A stretch of 64,000 nucleotides of DNA from the human T2T-CHM13v2.0 reference genome, Homo sapiens: assembly GCF_009914755.1 (NCBI RefSeq), contig NC_060932.1; one strand, 5' to 3'. The notes under the pieces are model-generated. The model saw only the letters and a program-made list of their open reading frames with translations, did not search any database and had not been told where the DNA came from. The position numbers were made by a program, and so were the translations under genes. Position 1 is the first letter of the stretch. The number at the start of each line of letters is the position of its first letter. Below are positions 1 to 12,403 of this stretch, in pieces.

Positions 1-151
1 ACCATGCCTGGCTAATTTTTTTGTGTGTTTTTAGTAGAGATGGGGGTTTCACCATGTTAGCAAGAATGGTCTCGATCTCCTGACCTGGTGATCCACCCGC
101 CTAGGCCTCCCAAAGTGCTGGGATTACAGGCGTAAGCCACCGCACCCAGCC
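1..151 (-). mobile_element. Alu (AluS/Y-type), partial, cut by window edge
   Basis: tttagtagagatgggggtttcaccatgttag...cctcccaaagtgctgggattacaggcgtaagccaccgcacccagcc is an antisense Alu left arm. Confidence 0.95.
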
Positions 152-947
152 AAGCAGTCTTAAATGACCAGTTTAACCTCTCATTGAATGGAAATACAGT
201 GTGGCCCCTAAAGAAGCATTCTTCTCTTGGAGACAAAGACTCTTAGGGGAGGAGGAGAAAATATTTTGCAAGTGATCTAGTGGTATAATAACAAGGGATG
301 CCATTTTATCTTTCATCACTGGTTTATAGATCCAAGTATTTTGGCTGTCAGAAAAAGAATATCTACAGGTTTCTTGTTCAAAATATATACTGTGTTCTAT
401 AGAAAACCATGTCTCAGCAGTACAATGTATTACCTGTATTACACAAGTCAAGTATTATATGAGACCATTCAACTCTACTCTAGAGTAAGCTGATTTTGGT
501 AAATGGAAAGACCAGGAAATCTCATGAATGTAAGGCTATTGTGTTACTTACTTGCTATAAAATATCTCCCTTTTTCAAAGCAGTGTTGTGTAAAATGCCA
601 TGATGGTGATCAACGTATTCAGCAAATCCTTATGTTATTAGTGGCAGAAGCATTATGTACAGTGAAGGCAAATATGCATCCATGATATGTGTCTATTCCA
701 ATAAGGGCAAATCACAGTCCCCTCCATCATAGAAGGGGTATAATATACCTAACCTGCCACCAGGTGGAGGGTTACTCTCCCAAATGTATGATGTGCCAAT
801 CAGGATTGGCTACTGGTGCTGACAAGTTGGGCCCTCAGCAATGGTGTTCAGGACAGCCTTGGAAAAGGGGGAACACATTGTTACACATGTCGTTTATAAT
901 GTGCCCTTAACCACTGGACACACTGCAAGATGTCACTGCATGGAAGA

Positions 948-1221
948 GAAAACCAAATTTTGCACATTCTCACTTATAAGTGGGAGTTAAACACTGCGTA
1001 CTCATGGACGTAAAGATGAGAACAATATACAATGGAGACTACTAGAGCGGGGAGAGAGGGAGAGGAGAATGGGTTTTAAAACTACCTGTTGGGTACTGTG
1101 CTCACTACCTGGGTGATGAGATCATTTGTATCCTAAACCTCAGCATCACGTGATATACATGTAACAAACCTGCCCATGTACCCCCGTATCTAAAATAAAA
1201 GTGAAAATTATTTTTAAAAAA
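948..1221 (+). mobile_element. Old L1 3' end (L1PA15/L1PB-like) inserted in the ERVL
   Basis: attctcacttataagtgggag...tgctcactacctgggtgat...catgtaacaaacctgcccatgtacccc...aaataaaag. Confidence 0.85.
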
Positions 1222-1230
1222 GACTTCACC

Positions 1231-1274
1231 AGTGCGAGACTCCATCTCAAAAAACAAACAACAAACAAACAAAC
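1231..1274 (+). mobile_element. Extremely 5'-truncated Alu (about 20 bp plus (CAAA)n tail)
   Basis: gcgagactccatctcaaaaaacaaac..., flanked by aaaagacttcac / aaaagactccac (TSD-like). Confidence 0.7.
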
Positions 1275-2989
1275 AAAAGACTCCACTGCACTGCAAAGCC
1301 ACAGTACTGCGTTTTTCATCCTCAGCTATACATGTCTTAAAGAGGCATGCTAGTACCTGCTACTTTCTGCTCTCCAGGTTCTGTCTTCATGACATCCCTG
1401 TTACAGAAGGCCAGGGTGATGTTCTGGCATGATGGTGAGATGATCAAGGCTCCTAGAATCTCTATTGTGATACAGAACTGAAAATTGCCATAACAGACAT
1501 CAAAGAGTAACAGTGGATTCCTGATTTTTTTTTTCGTGTGAGAGCAACTTTTTTCTGGGTTCTCTGCATATTGGTATTGAAAAAACAAAGACAAAAATTA
1601 TAAAGCTTATGAGTAGCTGCACACAGTTGCTAGGAGCTACAGTTGCTGTTGTCACTTGATTTACCTTGCCATAATCTGTCATCTTCCAAGATGCTTCCAT
1701 ATTCTTCACAGATCAGTTGGTGAGTTGAGATGAAAATGTGACAAAAAGCACCATCCTTGCAACTTTCAAGTCTTTGATGGTAACAATGACCTTGACAATT
1801 TCACCCATTTGCAAAGAAACTTTAGATTTACTATTCTGGAGGAAAATAACAGTTCCACGGGTTCTTATTTGGATATTTCTAACATAATAGGCCTTCCTCC
1901 GTGGATCAGGGAGCCAGGCATTTCTTTCTAGCCATGCACACAGTTAACTGGGAAGGATAGCCTTGGAGTTCTACTCTCCTCATAAGGTAGACTCCAGGAA
2001 AAACAACATTTCTCAGATAGCCTCCGTAGCAAAGCTGGTAGACTGTAGTGATGTCATGCATTCCCAGACTTGTTGAACCAGTGTTCAATAATCTCTAAAA
2101 TATCTAGGTGTTTTCCTTTGTTATTGTATATGGGTTCCCTAGTAAAAGGGCTCAGGTCTCTTTGGGAGAAGGGTGGGAAGAACAGTGATCACATGTACTT
2201 GTGATGTTGTCAAGACTCCAGCCTCCTCTTCATTCAAAGGGCTGTGAGTTTTTGAGCTGATTCAAATGCAGGAATTGGGTAAGAGGCTGTTACTCTCTAT
2301 TTGAGGCTCAAACCAGACCTTTCTTTATCCATCCTGAAGTTTTCTGTTACGCAGACCTAATAGGACATTTGTAAACTATCCATGAATTTTGTGTCAGAGA
2401 CTTTACTATCCCTTAGCAAGTAGCAAAGATCCCTGTGGGTTGAAGCATGTACTTCCCACTGTGGCTCAGCTGCCTAATATTTGGTCCACACCCATTTTAT
2501 CTCTGACAGTTGGATGCTGCTATTTGACATCCAGAAAGACCATGTCAGTAGTAGCATCTTCCACTCACGTTATTGCCTAAAGAGAGCCAGCTAACGAGCT
2601 TTTTAGAGATGTTGATACTCCCCACCCACATGCAGTTATCTACATCCTGGTGGGTGCCATGTCTTCCATGCTCACTCAGGTATGAGGTTAAGGGATAGAT
2701 TAGTGGACAGTCCAATCTTCTACATTCCTATCTCTCTAGGACTTTGGTATCTTTCTTGCTCATTGCACTGAGGAATTTCTGGCATATCAATTTCTCTTAA
2801 GAAGGCCACCACTGAATTCAATTTAATTCTGCCAAAAGAGCAAGTTGCTAGAGGCACTTCAGGGTGGTCAAGCTAATTATTTTAACCTAGACTATCTTTA
2901 CAGAGTATGCCTAATGAAATATTTAGCCTAATCCAAAACTATGTCCAGCCCTCTCTAGCCTATATCCCTCAGAATCTGTGAATCACTAT

Positions 2990-3425
2990 TCGAGGGCTTA
3001 TGCTGGGCCCTGTTGGCCAGTGAAGGCTCTCAGGTCTAATCTGGTAAGACAAGACACTGGCACAAGTGAGGCAAAGTGACTTTGTTACTCACATGTAGTC
3101 ACAAGGATAAACACAAGCCTAGGGTTCACGGCGAGCCAGCCTTTCAGTGAGAAGGAAAGTGGTGCAGTGCAGATGGAATCTCATTGGTATGTGTTCCACA
3201 TTCCACTGCAGCTGAGGGACCCTGGAAGTATTTCGTTCTGGGTTTTATACCCTGGGTGCAACTTGGATTGCTGAGCATAAGTACTGCAGAACATCCTAGT
3301 CTGGGAGGAAGGAAGATATAGCCTGAGATGTTCTGGACATTTCCTTCTTATCTTAGGATGTTGCATTGCAAGCAAGAGAGGGAAGAGCTGGGCCGGCCAA
3401 GGCTATCCAGGGACCTGTCCTGCAG
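2990..3425 (-). mobile_element. ERVL-class LTR (MER54/MER74-like)
   Basis: Minus strand begins tgcaggacaggtccctggatagccttggccggcccagctc and has a TATA-like tataaaac. Family assigned from memory. Confidence 0.5.
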
Positions 3426-3799
3426 GCAGTACTAAAGTTTTCTCAGTTACATAGACTTAATGGGACCTTAGAGAACCATCCATCATTTTTTTTTGCCTAG
3501 AGACTTTACTCTCCTTTAAAAGTATGTGTGAAACATACTTTTAAAAAGTTTCTGTTAGTGGGCAGTTCTTACAAATCGTTGGTGTGTAAACCTTTTCCTA
3601 GGTATGATTTGTTTTTAGCATCCCAGGGCCCACAGGGTTCTGCACCTAGTTATAGGTTAGAGACAATGTCTGGGAGGGGTGGGGAGGAGGCCTGGAGGAC
3701 ATTTTAAGAGGTTAATGCTATGAATGAAGCCATTAGGAGGTCTTTAAGCAAGGCAGGAAGAGGATCATCAGATTTGGAAAGAGGGGTGTTTTCCATTAT

Positions 3800-4200
3800 A
3801 CAGGTCTTTGGGGGTTAGGAGTATAAGGCCCCCAAATCCTCTTCTTTGGTCCAGTTCCCATATTCAAGATTATAGTCATTCCTCTTTGATGCCTTAATAT
3901 CCACCAATGAAATCAGGCAATACAGTGAATTCCTCTGACTCTGAATGTTGGCAACCCTCAGACTCAACCCTTGACTTTGATTTTTGGCTACAGAAGCCCT
4001 CTGTCTGCAGTAAAGATAAGTGATTCTTTCAGCACAGCCATAGAAATCAAAGAAAGTCCCTGGTTTTCTGACCATGCCTTGGGCTAACAAATACTTTGGA
4101 AATTGTTTTCTTTCTTTAAGCTCTTCAGCTCAGAAGCAGCCAGCTTACCTTATCATCCTTGCATTCCATTTACTTGAAGGCTTCTTGACAGCAGACACTT
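3800..4200 (-). mobile_element. Decayed ERVL gag region
   Basis: Minus ORF 3815-4090 CRQRASVAKNQSQGLSLRVANIQSQRNS...VDIKA...NW resembles ERVL gag CRERAEIAENQTQ.LI.RVA.LQRK...VKVRALIGKEW. Confidence 0.7.
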
Positions 4201-4739
4201 CTAGAATCAATTACTACACCCACCGGGGTTCTAAGTTGCAAAGAGCAGGGCTCACTGGAGCTAGTTCAATCAGGAATGCAATTTATTAAATCATATGAGA
4301 GGCTCCTGGAGACTGCAGATGGGCCAGGGAGCAGCTTGAACAATGGCATGGACAGCTTGCTCCAGGGGAAATCTGACAGGTGTCCCGCACATTGTGTCAC
4401 AGCCTGCTCCATGATGCTAGATTGGGGGGTGCCACCACTGGGACCTCTTCCTGTTATGTCTCAGCCAAGACCCACTAGCCTTCCTGAAATGCTTTAAGGG
4501 CATCACCCCTTTCACATCACCCTTTTCTGAGCTGGAATCTCCAGTGAGTGCATGGGACTGGCAGAGCTCATGCCTCATGCCTGCACTTTGCTCTCAAGGT
4601 GCTAGGAAAGCAAGGTGTTCCTTTAACTTTGGGTGAGAGCACAAGGTGAGAAATTCTGCAAACTTTAGATAGGGATTCAAAAGGTATTATGAATACTTTA
4701 CAAATATGAAGGTAGCTGTGGACTTTAACCAATGCCCAC

Positions 4740-4995
4740 TGCAAAGAGCCAGCCCCAAATGTTACCTACCCCAAATGCCACCTCCTATCACCCAATCTAA
4801 AATGGCCCACACCCAGGATACTCTTTGTGCATAGTCACATCTTTTAAGGCATATATCATATTTTGCAACTATCTTGCTGATGTATTTATTTGCTATTTTT
4901 CTGTCTCTCACCTAATTAAAATGTAAAGCTTTAGAAGAGCTTAGCACAGTTCCTGGCAGATGGTTGGTACTCTGTAAATATTTGTTGAATTAATG
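4740..4995 (+). mobile_element. L2 3' end
   Basis: cttagcacagttcctggcagat...taaatatttgttgaattaatg. Confidence 0.7.
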
Positions 4996-5784
4996 TAGCT
5001 GTAAAATGAGATGTTTCTGAATAATGATCTTAATGCTGGTTTTCAAATTGTCTAACACTTTTTTCTCAAGGTGCAGCTGGATGGCCACCTAGGTGGGGAA
5101 TCCCCATCTGGGACCGAGCTCTCATCTGTCTCTGCCCCTGCATCAGCCCAAGGAGTTTAATCTCTTCATTGTTAGCTAAACAGTGAACAATAGAGTTTTT
5201 AAAATTACCTATTTAACAGTGAGTTTTTTGACATCTCAAATTGTAAACTATTTCCTCCCTGGGTTAAGTCATTTATACAGGAATTGTTGGTTGCTACAAT
5301 AAAGTGAGACAGATGACCTTAATCAATAATTTTGTATTTTTGAGATCCTTACCCTGAATTGGAAACCTACTAAGTTGTTCATCTGTTCAGAACCCTACAA
5401 GAGCTTGCCAATCCCTAGAATACTAACTCCTCCCCCAGCAGCACTCGGAGCCCCTGACAACTTACTGTCCCCCTTTCTTTCTATCTTTGTTTCCTTCTGT
5501 CCTGCACAATGAGCTCACATTTCAATCCATGTGTGATGAACACACTCTCAGAATGCCAGAACTGAAAAGGACTCAAAAAGCAATCTTGTTAAACCTCTTG
5601 TTTTAATACAGGAAAATGCTAAATCCCAATGAGGTTAACTGATAGAAACATAGTACACACTACTTAATATTTCATTGACTGAGTAAATTTCCCAAGATCA
5701 TACTCCTACTTAGTGGAATAGTTCAACTTTGAAAGCAGCCTCTGAGCATTTTTATCCAGTGTTTAAATTTTTGTTTCAGTCCTA

Positions 5785-6015
5785 GTAATGGATAACATTT
5801 ACTGAGCACTCACTAAGTGCCAGGTATATACAGGAACACATTTAATCCTTGCAACACCCTTATGGAGAAGGTTACTATTGTTATCCTACCTCAAAGCTGA
5901 GAAAACTGATGCACAGTAAAGCTTATGTAATTTAATCATAGCTGCACAGTTAATAAGTGCCAGAGTGGGGATTTGAACTCCAGAGCCTGTGTGCATAATG
6001 ACTGTGTGATTCTGC
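5785..6015 (-). mobile_element. MIR
   Basis: taacatttactgagcactcactaagtgccagg...tttaatccttgcaacaccct...gggatttgaactccagagcc. Confidence 0.75.
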
Positions 6016-6355
6016 CTACTGTGGGCTGAACTGTTTCTCCTCAAAATTCATGCATTAACTTCCTAACCCCAGGAACTCATAATGTGATTGTATTTGGAGA
6101 TAAGGTCTTTAGAGAGCTAATGACAGTAAAATGAGGTCACTGGGATGGGCCCTAATCCAACAGGACTGGTGTCCTTATGAGGAGAAGAGATTAGGACACA
6201 GGCACCCACAAAGGGAAGACCATGTGGGACGCAGGGAGAAGGTGGCCATCCACAAGCCAAGGAGAGAGGCTCAGGAGAAACCAATCCTGCTGACACCTTG
6301 ATCTCAGACTTCCAGCCTCCAGAACAGTGAGAACATAAATTTCTGTTGTTTAAAC

Positions 6356-6722
6356 CACGGGGTTGTCCCTAACCTCCAGACCGTGGACCTGTATTGTTCT
6401 GTGGCCTGTTAGGAACCAGGCTGTACAGCAGGAGGTGAGTGGCTGCGGGTCAGTGAGCATTATGGCCTGAGTTCCGCCTGCTGTCAGATCAGCGGCAGCA
6501 TTAGATTCTCATAGGAGCACAAACCCTGTTGTGAACTGCGCATGCGAGGCATCTAGATTGCGCGCTCCTTATGAGAATCTAACTAATGCCTGACGATCTG
6601 AGGTGAAACAGTTTCATCTTGAGACCATCATCCCCCCTACACCGCCCCCAGCCCCCGCCATCTGTGGAAAAATTGTCTTCCATGAAACCCGTCCCTGGTG
6701 CCAAAAATGTTGGGGACTGCTG
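6356..6722 (+). mobile_element. MER1B (hAT-Charlie MITE)
   Basis: Diagnostic gcattagattctcataggagc...gtgaactgcgcatgcgagg...gtccctggtgccaaaaatgttggggactgctg. Perfect 8-bp TSD GTTTAAAC at 6348-6355 and 6723-6730. Confidence 0.95.
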
Positions 6723-6739
6723 GTTTAAACCACTCAGCA

Positions 6740-7060
6740 GGCCGGGGCGTGGTGGCTCACGCCTGTAATCCCAGCACTCTGGGAGGCCGCGGCAGGCAGA
6801 TCACGAGGTTAAGAGATCGAGATAATCCTGGCCAACATGGTGAAACCCCGTCTCTACTAAAAATACAAAAATTAGCTGGGCATGGTGGCGCATGAATGTA
6901 GTCCCAGCTACTCAGGAGGCTGAGGCAGGATAATCTCTTGAACCCTGGAGGGGGGGTTGCAGTGAGCCGAGATCGTGCCACTGCACTCCAGCCCGGGCAA
7001 CAGAGCGAGACTCAGTCTCAGAAAAACCAAAACAAACAAACAAAAAACAACAACAACAAA
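6740..7060 (+). mobile_element. AluSc-like
   Basis: Full dimeric Alu with (CAA)n tail; TSD-like aaaccactcagc / aaaccctctcagc. Confidence 0.95.
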
Positions 7061-7304
7061 ACCCTCTCAGCCTATGACACTTTGTTACAGCAGCCTGAGC
7101 AAACTAAGACACTGCCTACACGTGCATACCGACTCCCATATCTCCCAAAGCCTCGGTATCTTCTTTCATAGCATTCCCTCCATCTCCAGTGTTCTTTGTC
7201 CCACTTTTTACCTCCCTTCTTTCATCCCTCCATCATGTCCCTATTCTTCCTGGACCACCTTAGTTACTATCTCCTCCATGAAGCTTTTTAAAATTAACCC
7301 CTAG

Positions 7305-7963
<659 letters not shown>

Positions 7964-7990
<27 letters not shown>

Positions 7991-9214
7991 CTGCCGTGTC
8001 TTCTTTCTCCTCCTAAGCAGCTGTTTTCGTCTCCTGAATTTTGATGTTCTACTTAACACCCTCATGTTCTTACGCATGTTGCCCTGCTGGAGGCGTCCTT
8101 CTCTTTGGGAAGCCTGACCCACCAACAGTGCCTCAGGAGATAGACATGGAAGCTTAGCCGGTGGGGGCCCCCCGTCTCTATCCCACCTCAGTTGCAGGGG
8201 AGGGGTCAGTTGCAGCTGCAGTGGTGGCCCCGACAGTTTTCTTTTGCGGGACCTGTGGCCGGCAGCTCTGGGTGGAGAAGACCTACTTGATCCAAGAACT
8301 GCAGGATCCTTGGGCTGCATGTCCTCCCCCACCATCAGCAAGCCTGGAGAGCTGGGCAGGTGGTCTTTACCCAGCACCTTCAAGGCCGCCTTCTCTGGCC
8401 ACAGGGAGCAGCCCGGAACTGGGGCAGGGAGCACTGTTGGAAGTGGGTCAGGCTTCCCAAAGGGAAGGATGCCACCAGCAGGGCTGTGTGAACTGGCGAC
8501 TCCATGGCCCTTGGAGTAGAAACTCACTGCATGCACCTGGGCCTTGTCAGTCTGGTTCTTTTCTGTCAAGCTCTTGAGGTGGACATTTCCCTCCAAGGGC
8601 CTGGGATTGTACCAGGAGGAAGTGAGGTTTCCCTGAGTCTCCAGGGGCCTAGAGGTGGAGGCTGCTTCCCCATTGCTACAGGGGCCCATTTTATTGTCCT
8701 CCTGCCCCTGGGTCTCTACCTGGTCTTTCACCTCCATTGCTTCTTTGGGCTCTTCTGCCCTCACCTCCATCTTCAGGAGCCTGGCTGGGATCACCTGCTC
8801 ATCTAATGAAGGAAGTTGAAGGTTAAACTTGCCTCTGAGACGAGGGAGCCTCACGGGGCTGAGGTGTCCAAACATCATGGAGTTGCGAGCAGACAGCATG
8901 GGTTTCTTCCTTGAGGGGGGGCTCCAGACCACAGGAGGCAGGACCTTCTGTGGGGTGCCCGTGTTCCGAGAGATAAGACACAGCCTGACAGGGGCGCCGT
9001 CCCACCTGACTGGAAAAGAAGGCCCAAGGTGTCGCTGACGGTTGAAGAGGAGTGGGAAACGGCCCCAGATTCCCGGGGCAGGCACAGGTGCGGGAGCTGC
9101 AGGGTGAGCCGGGCCAGCTGGGAAGGCCTCACAGACAAGACGAGCAGGTTGCCGATGGCGTGGCCAGGACCTGCGGTGGGACCAGGAACAAAATACGCTT
9201 AGTGAGTTGCCCAT
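7964..9214 (-). CDS. Intact intronless UPF0607-family (NPAP1/POM121-related) ORF, 416 aa from the first ATG; coding status unproven
   Basis: MGNSLSVF...GEAASTSRPLETQG...PLEGNV...GKPDP...WDRDGGPPPAKLPCLS is collinear with the recalled NPAP1 N-terminal ~370 aa (MGNLLSKF...GEASSTSRSQGTQG...PLEGNV...GKPDP...WDRGELPPPAKLPCLS). No internal stop. The stop codon comes from the Alu (ggtggctcatgcctgTAA). Confidence 0.75.
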
Positions 9215-10622
9215 TTTAAGCGAGTTGTGCACAGACGAAACTAAGGGTCAGAAACAGAGAGGATACTCCTAAGTCACCCACTTCTCTGTGGCCGGGTGCA
9301 CACTGGGCATCTGGGAGTTTATGACATCACCATGGGGCTGGTGACAGAGCCAGGGTGTGGAGGAGTGCTTAGGAGCCCAGCGAGGGTGCCTACAAGAGGA
9401 GTCAAAGGGCAAAGGGTGAGACCCTTCCACCGGTCCAGCTGGACTCTAGCCTCAGGGACGTCCTGCTCCTGGGGGCAGGTGTGTGGCCCTGGATGGGCCC
9501 CCCTGTGGGGCTGTTGGGGGTGCGGGGCTGATCCACCAGAGCCCTTCCACCTGGCACCTGGCCCAGATGCTGGCTGGCATCCAGTGGCCCTGTCTTGGCC
9601 GGCCCTATCCCCCAGGTTACAGGGCCAGAACCTGGAAGCAGAGCGCAGGACCAGCCAGATCCTGCCAGGCTCCCCCGGGGCCTCTCCAGTGCCTCTGTGC
9701 CGCCTGGAGCCAGGCCCGCCTTCTCCATGGCTGCCGTGGCCTCAAGGCATGCCTCGCTCCGCAAGTTTCCAAAGAGAGGACGCGGTGCCCTGACCTGACT
9801 GGATGCGCCTCTTACCACATGCCTCCCTGGCAGGCAGGGTCTCCACTTTTTACAAATTTGCCTGAGACCATTCCTCAGGTCATTCAGGTGGTCATGGCCC
9901 AGCCAGGCTTTGAACCCGGGCTGTGCGATTCCACAGCGGGCGCTCTGGCCTGTGTGCCTCATGATCATGGACACAGCATCTATTCTTATTTTTTCCTGTA
10001 GTCCTGGGGTACTTAGCACCATGGCATATCTGTAATAAGCACATGCACACCTCGAAGGAGGTCTTCACTTCAACATACAAGTTGACCATGGCATGCTCTG
10101 GCCTCCAGTCCTCTACAAAGATGTAGGGCAGGAACTACCAGTTGTCAGCACAGCACCATCCCACATTGCTCTTCTAATGGAGCCTTTCACCTCAGATGTT
10201 GTTTCTCGACTGATGGGAAGGATCCAAGTATGTAAAGATTATGTTCTAGATCAGCTTTGGTCTGTCCTAAAAGAAATTTGCCAGTGAATTATTCCATATG
10301 GATAAAAGTCAGTTTCTCTGGTCTTCCTGGAATGTGTCTAGAAAGCAAATACATTATTTACAAGTTCATAGTAGATCAATGTATTGGATTAAAATATGAC
10401 AAACATAATTTGGTCATTGTGAGCATGCCAGCTCAGTCAACTATTCACCACACATGATGCCCTAAATATAACTCTAGGTTTTCTTATGCCCAAAAGAGGG
10501 ACATACTCTTGGGTGTCTGGACTAGGGAAACATGTATGAAAAACCATTTGGCCACTCTACATCTTATTATTGGAGAATTGAAACCCTCTATATTCAAAGA
10601 TATTATTAAAAGGCAAGAAGTT

Positions 10623-10629
10623 AAAAAAA

Positions 10630-10668
<39 letters not shown>

Positions 10669-10670
10669 AA
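10623..10670 (+). repeat. (TAAA)n microsatellite derived from the retrocopy poly(A) tail
   Basis: aaaaaaataaataaataaa... about 10 units, directly before the TSD. Confidence 0.95.
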
Positions 10671-10907
10671 TTAACCCCTAAAATATGCAATTGCTCTATT
10701 GTTGTCCTTCCTACACCTTGTTTACCTCTGCATGGTGGGCTTAATACATTCTGCCTTGATTTGTGATTAATCTGTGCAACTGCTTTATACCCCCCTACTA
10801 GATAATGAGTTATCTAAAGACAATGGCTGAGACGAATTCATCTTTGTTCAGTTCAAGTTATATTTACGAGGCCCCTGCTGTATGCACCCAGCACTATGCC
10901 AGGAGGT

Positions 10908-11708
10908 CAAAGTACAAGGCTAAGGCATGATCTCTGTCCTGAGGCACTTACAGTCTAGTAAAGGAAACTTTATGTTCTTGGCAATACCCATAACACTACT
11001 TCACATTTCTTATTATCTAATATGGCTTGGTTGAATTTAATTGAAAATTGATCTACTCCAGAGAAGATAAATTAAAGATGTAAATGAGAGCAGGTTGTTT
11101 TACAAAATAGCACCAGCCTCTGAGGCAAGAGATCTTTATTCCTGGTTGAGTGGGCTGGGTATGGCCATGCAGGGAAGGTGGCCACAGCCAGCCCAGGTAA
11201 CTCCTTGGCAAGTGCATCTGAAGCCTGGGACATCACAGTCAGACAAACATAAAATCCAGAGGTCTCCTGTGAAATGACTGTGTAGCAGAGGCTTTCATTA
11301 GACAAACTTGAGTCTGGAAATTTACATAACAACCATGCAAGCTGGAGACTTGTATATCAGAGTGTGAAGCCCCTACCTTGTGGCAGGAGGCTGAGGCTGG
11401 ACCAATGCATGCATCTGATCATCTCAGACTCCGTAAGACCCGATCTTGCTCTTTGATGCCACCTCAAGATGAATGCTGATGGCAAACAGCCTTCTGAGGC
11501 AATTACGAAAGACTGATTTCATTATATCTACTCAGAAGTTGCCCGTCTCTGGTACCCAGGTAAATCAATTTTCAATTAAATTCAACAAAGCTGCATTAAA
11601 TAATAAGAAATGTGAAGTAGTGTTATGGGTATTGCCAAGAACGTAAAGTTTCCTTTACTGGACTGTGAGTGCATGAGGACAGAGACCATGCCTTAGCCTT
11701 GTACTTTG
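10908..11708. repeat. 145-bp inverted repeat pair (10908-11052 / 11564-11708)
   Basis: Manual alignment gives 11 mismatches in 145 bp and no gaps; spacer 511 bp. Confidence 0.95.
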
Positions 11709-12111
11709 GTACCCAAGTATAGGGTGGGGTAGGACAGGTGGAGGAATGAAAAGGGCTCCTCTGTGTTTCATATTTGACCTTGCTTGTGGTTTTGTTACAA
11801 AAGCCTGGACATTATGAGTCAATAATGAAATCTATTCCATCTTGCTAGGGAGAATATTATATTCTCAATTATTTCATGATAGCTATATAATGTTTTATTG
11901 ATGACTCCAATCTAGCCTAACATCATTCCAAAACAGGTTAAAAGCACTCTTGAAATTGCTGCAAACTAAAAATGCAAGGTAGGCAACGGCCAACATAGGT
12001 CCAAATATTCTACATGCTTGGACCTTGAAGTGATAGTAGTGGGAAGGAAGGAGAAAGGGAAGTGGAGGAAGAGGAGGTAGGGAAGAGGGAAGTGGAAGTA
12101 GAAGAGGAGGC

Positions 12112-12403
12112 CTGACTGGGTGTGGTGGTGTCATGCCTTTAATCCCAGCATTTGGGAGGCTGGGGTAGGAGAATTGCTTGAGCTCAGGAGTTTGAGACCA
12201 GCCTGGGCAATGTAAGAAGACCCTATCTCTACAAAAAATAAATTAGCCAGATGTGGTGGCACACACCTGTGGTCCCAGCTACTTAGGAGGCTGAGGCCAG
12301 AGGATCCCTTGAGCCCAGGAGGTCAAGGTTGCAATAAGCCATGATTGCACCACTGTATTCCAGCCTGGGAAACAGAGTGAGATCCTTTCTTAAAAAAAAA
12401 AAG
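12112..12403 (+). mobile_element. AluJ
   Basis: ctgggtgtggtggtgtcatgcctttaatcccagc...ttgagcccaggaggtcaagg...aaaaaaaa. Confidence 0.9.

Larger units (their letters stand above)
160..2900 (-). mobile_element. Decayed ERVL-class (HERVL/ERVL-E/HERV16-like) internal pol region: RT through integrase
   Basis: Minus ORF 1500-1709 (SWKMTDYGKVNQVTT...FSIPICREPRKKL) resembles ERVL RT (SWRMTVDYRKLNQVVT...FFSIPV). Minus strand 640-790 (cctggtggcaggttag...ttattggaatagacacatat...atatttgccttc...ataatgcttctgcc) resembles the ERVL integrase WQVDYIG...GIDTYSG..FAF..NASA. Many stops and frameshifts. Confidence 0.75.
6018..7110 (+). mobile_element. MLT1A/B MaLR solo LTR interrupted by MER1B and an Alu
   Basis: tgtgggctgaactgtttctcctcaaaattcat...ccagcctccagaacagtgagaacataaatttctgttgtttaaac; resumes at cactcagc (6731) and ends gcaaactaagaca (7110). 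Confidence 0.85.

Noticed and set aside
9215-9232. 422-aa version of the UPF0607 ORF
   Set aside because: It starts at GTG; the ATG at 9214 matches the NPAP1-like MGN start.
9296-10022. Overlapping 165-206 aa ORFs upstream of the UPF0607 ORF
   Set aside because: GC-rich, stop-poor sequence with a MIR fragment; ORFs occur on both strands with no recognisable homology.
12040-12110. Purine-rich (GGA/GAA) tract giving a Pro/Leu-rich ORF
   Set aside because: Simple low-complexity repeat.
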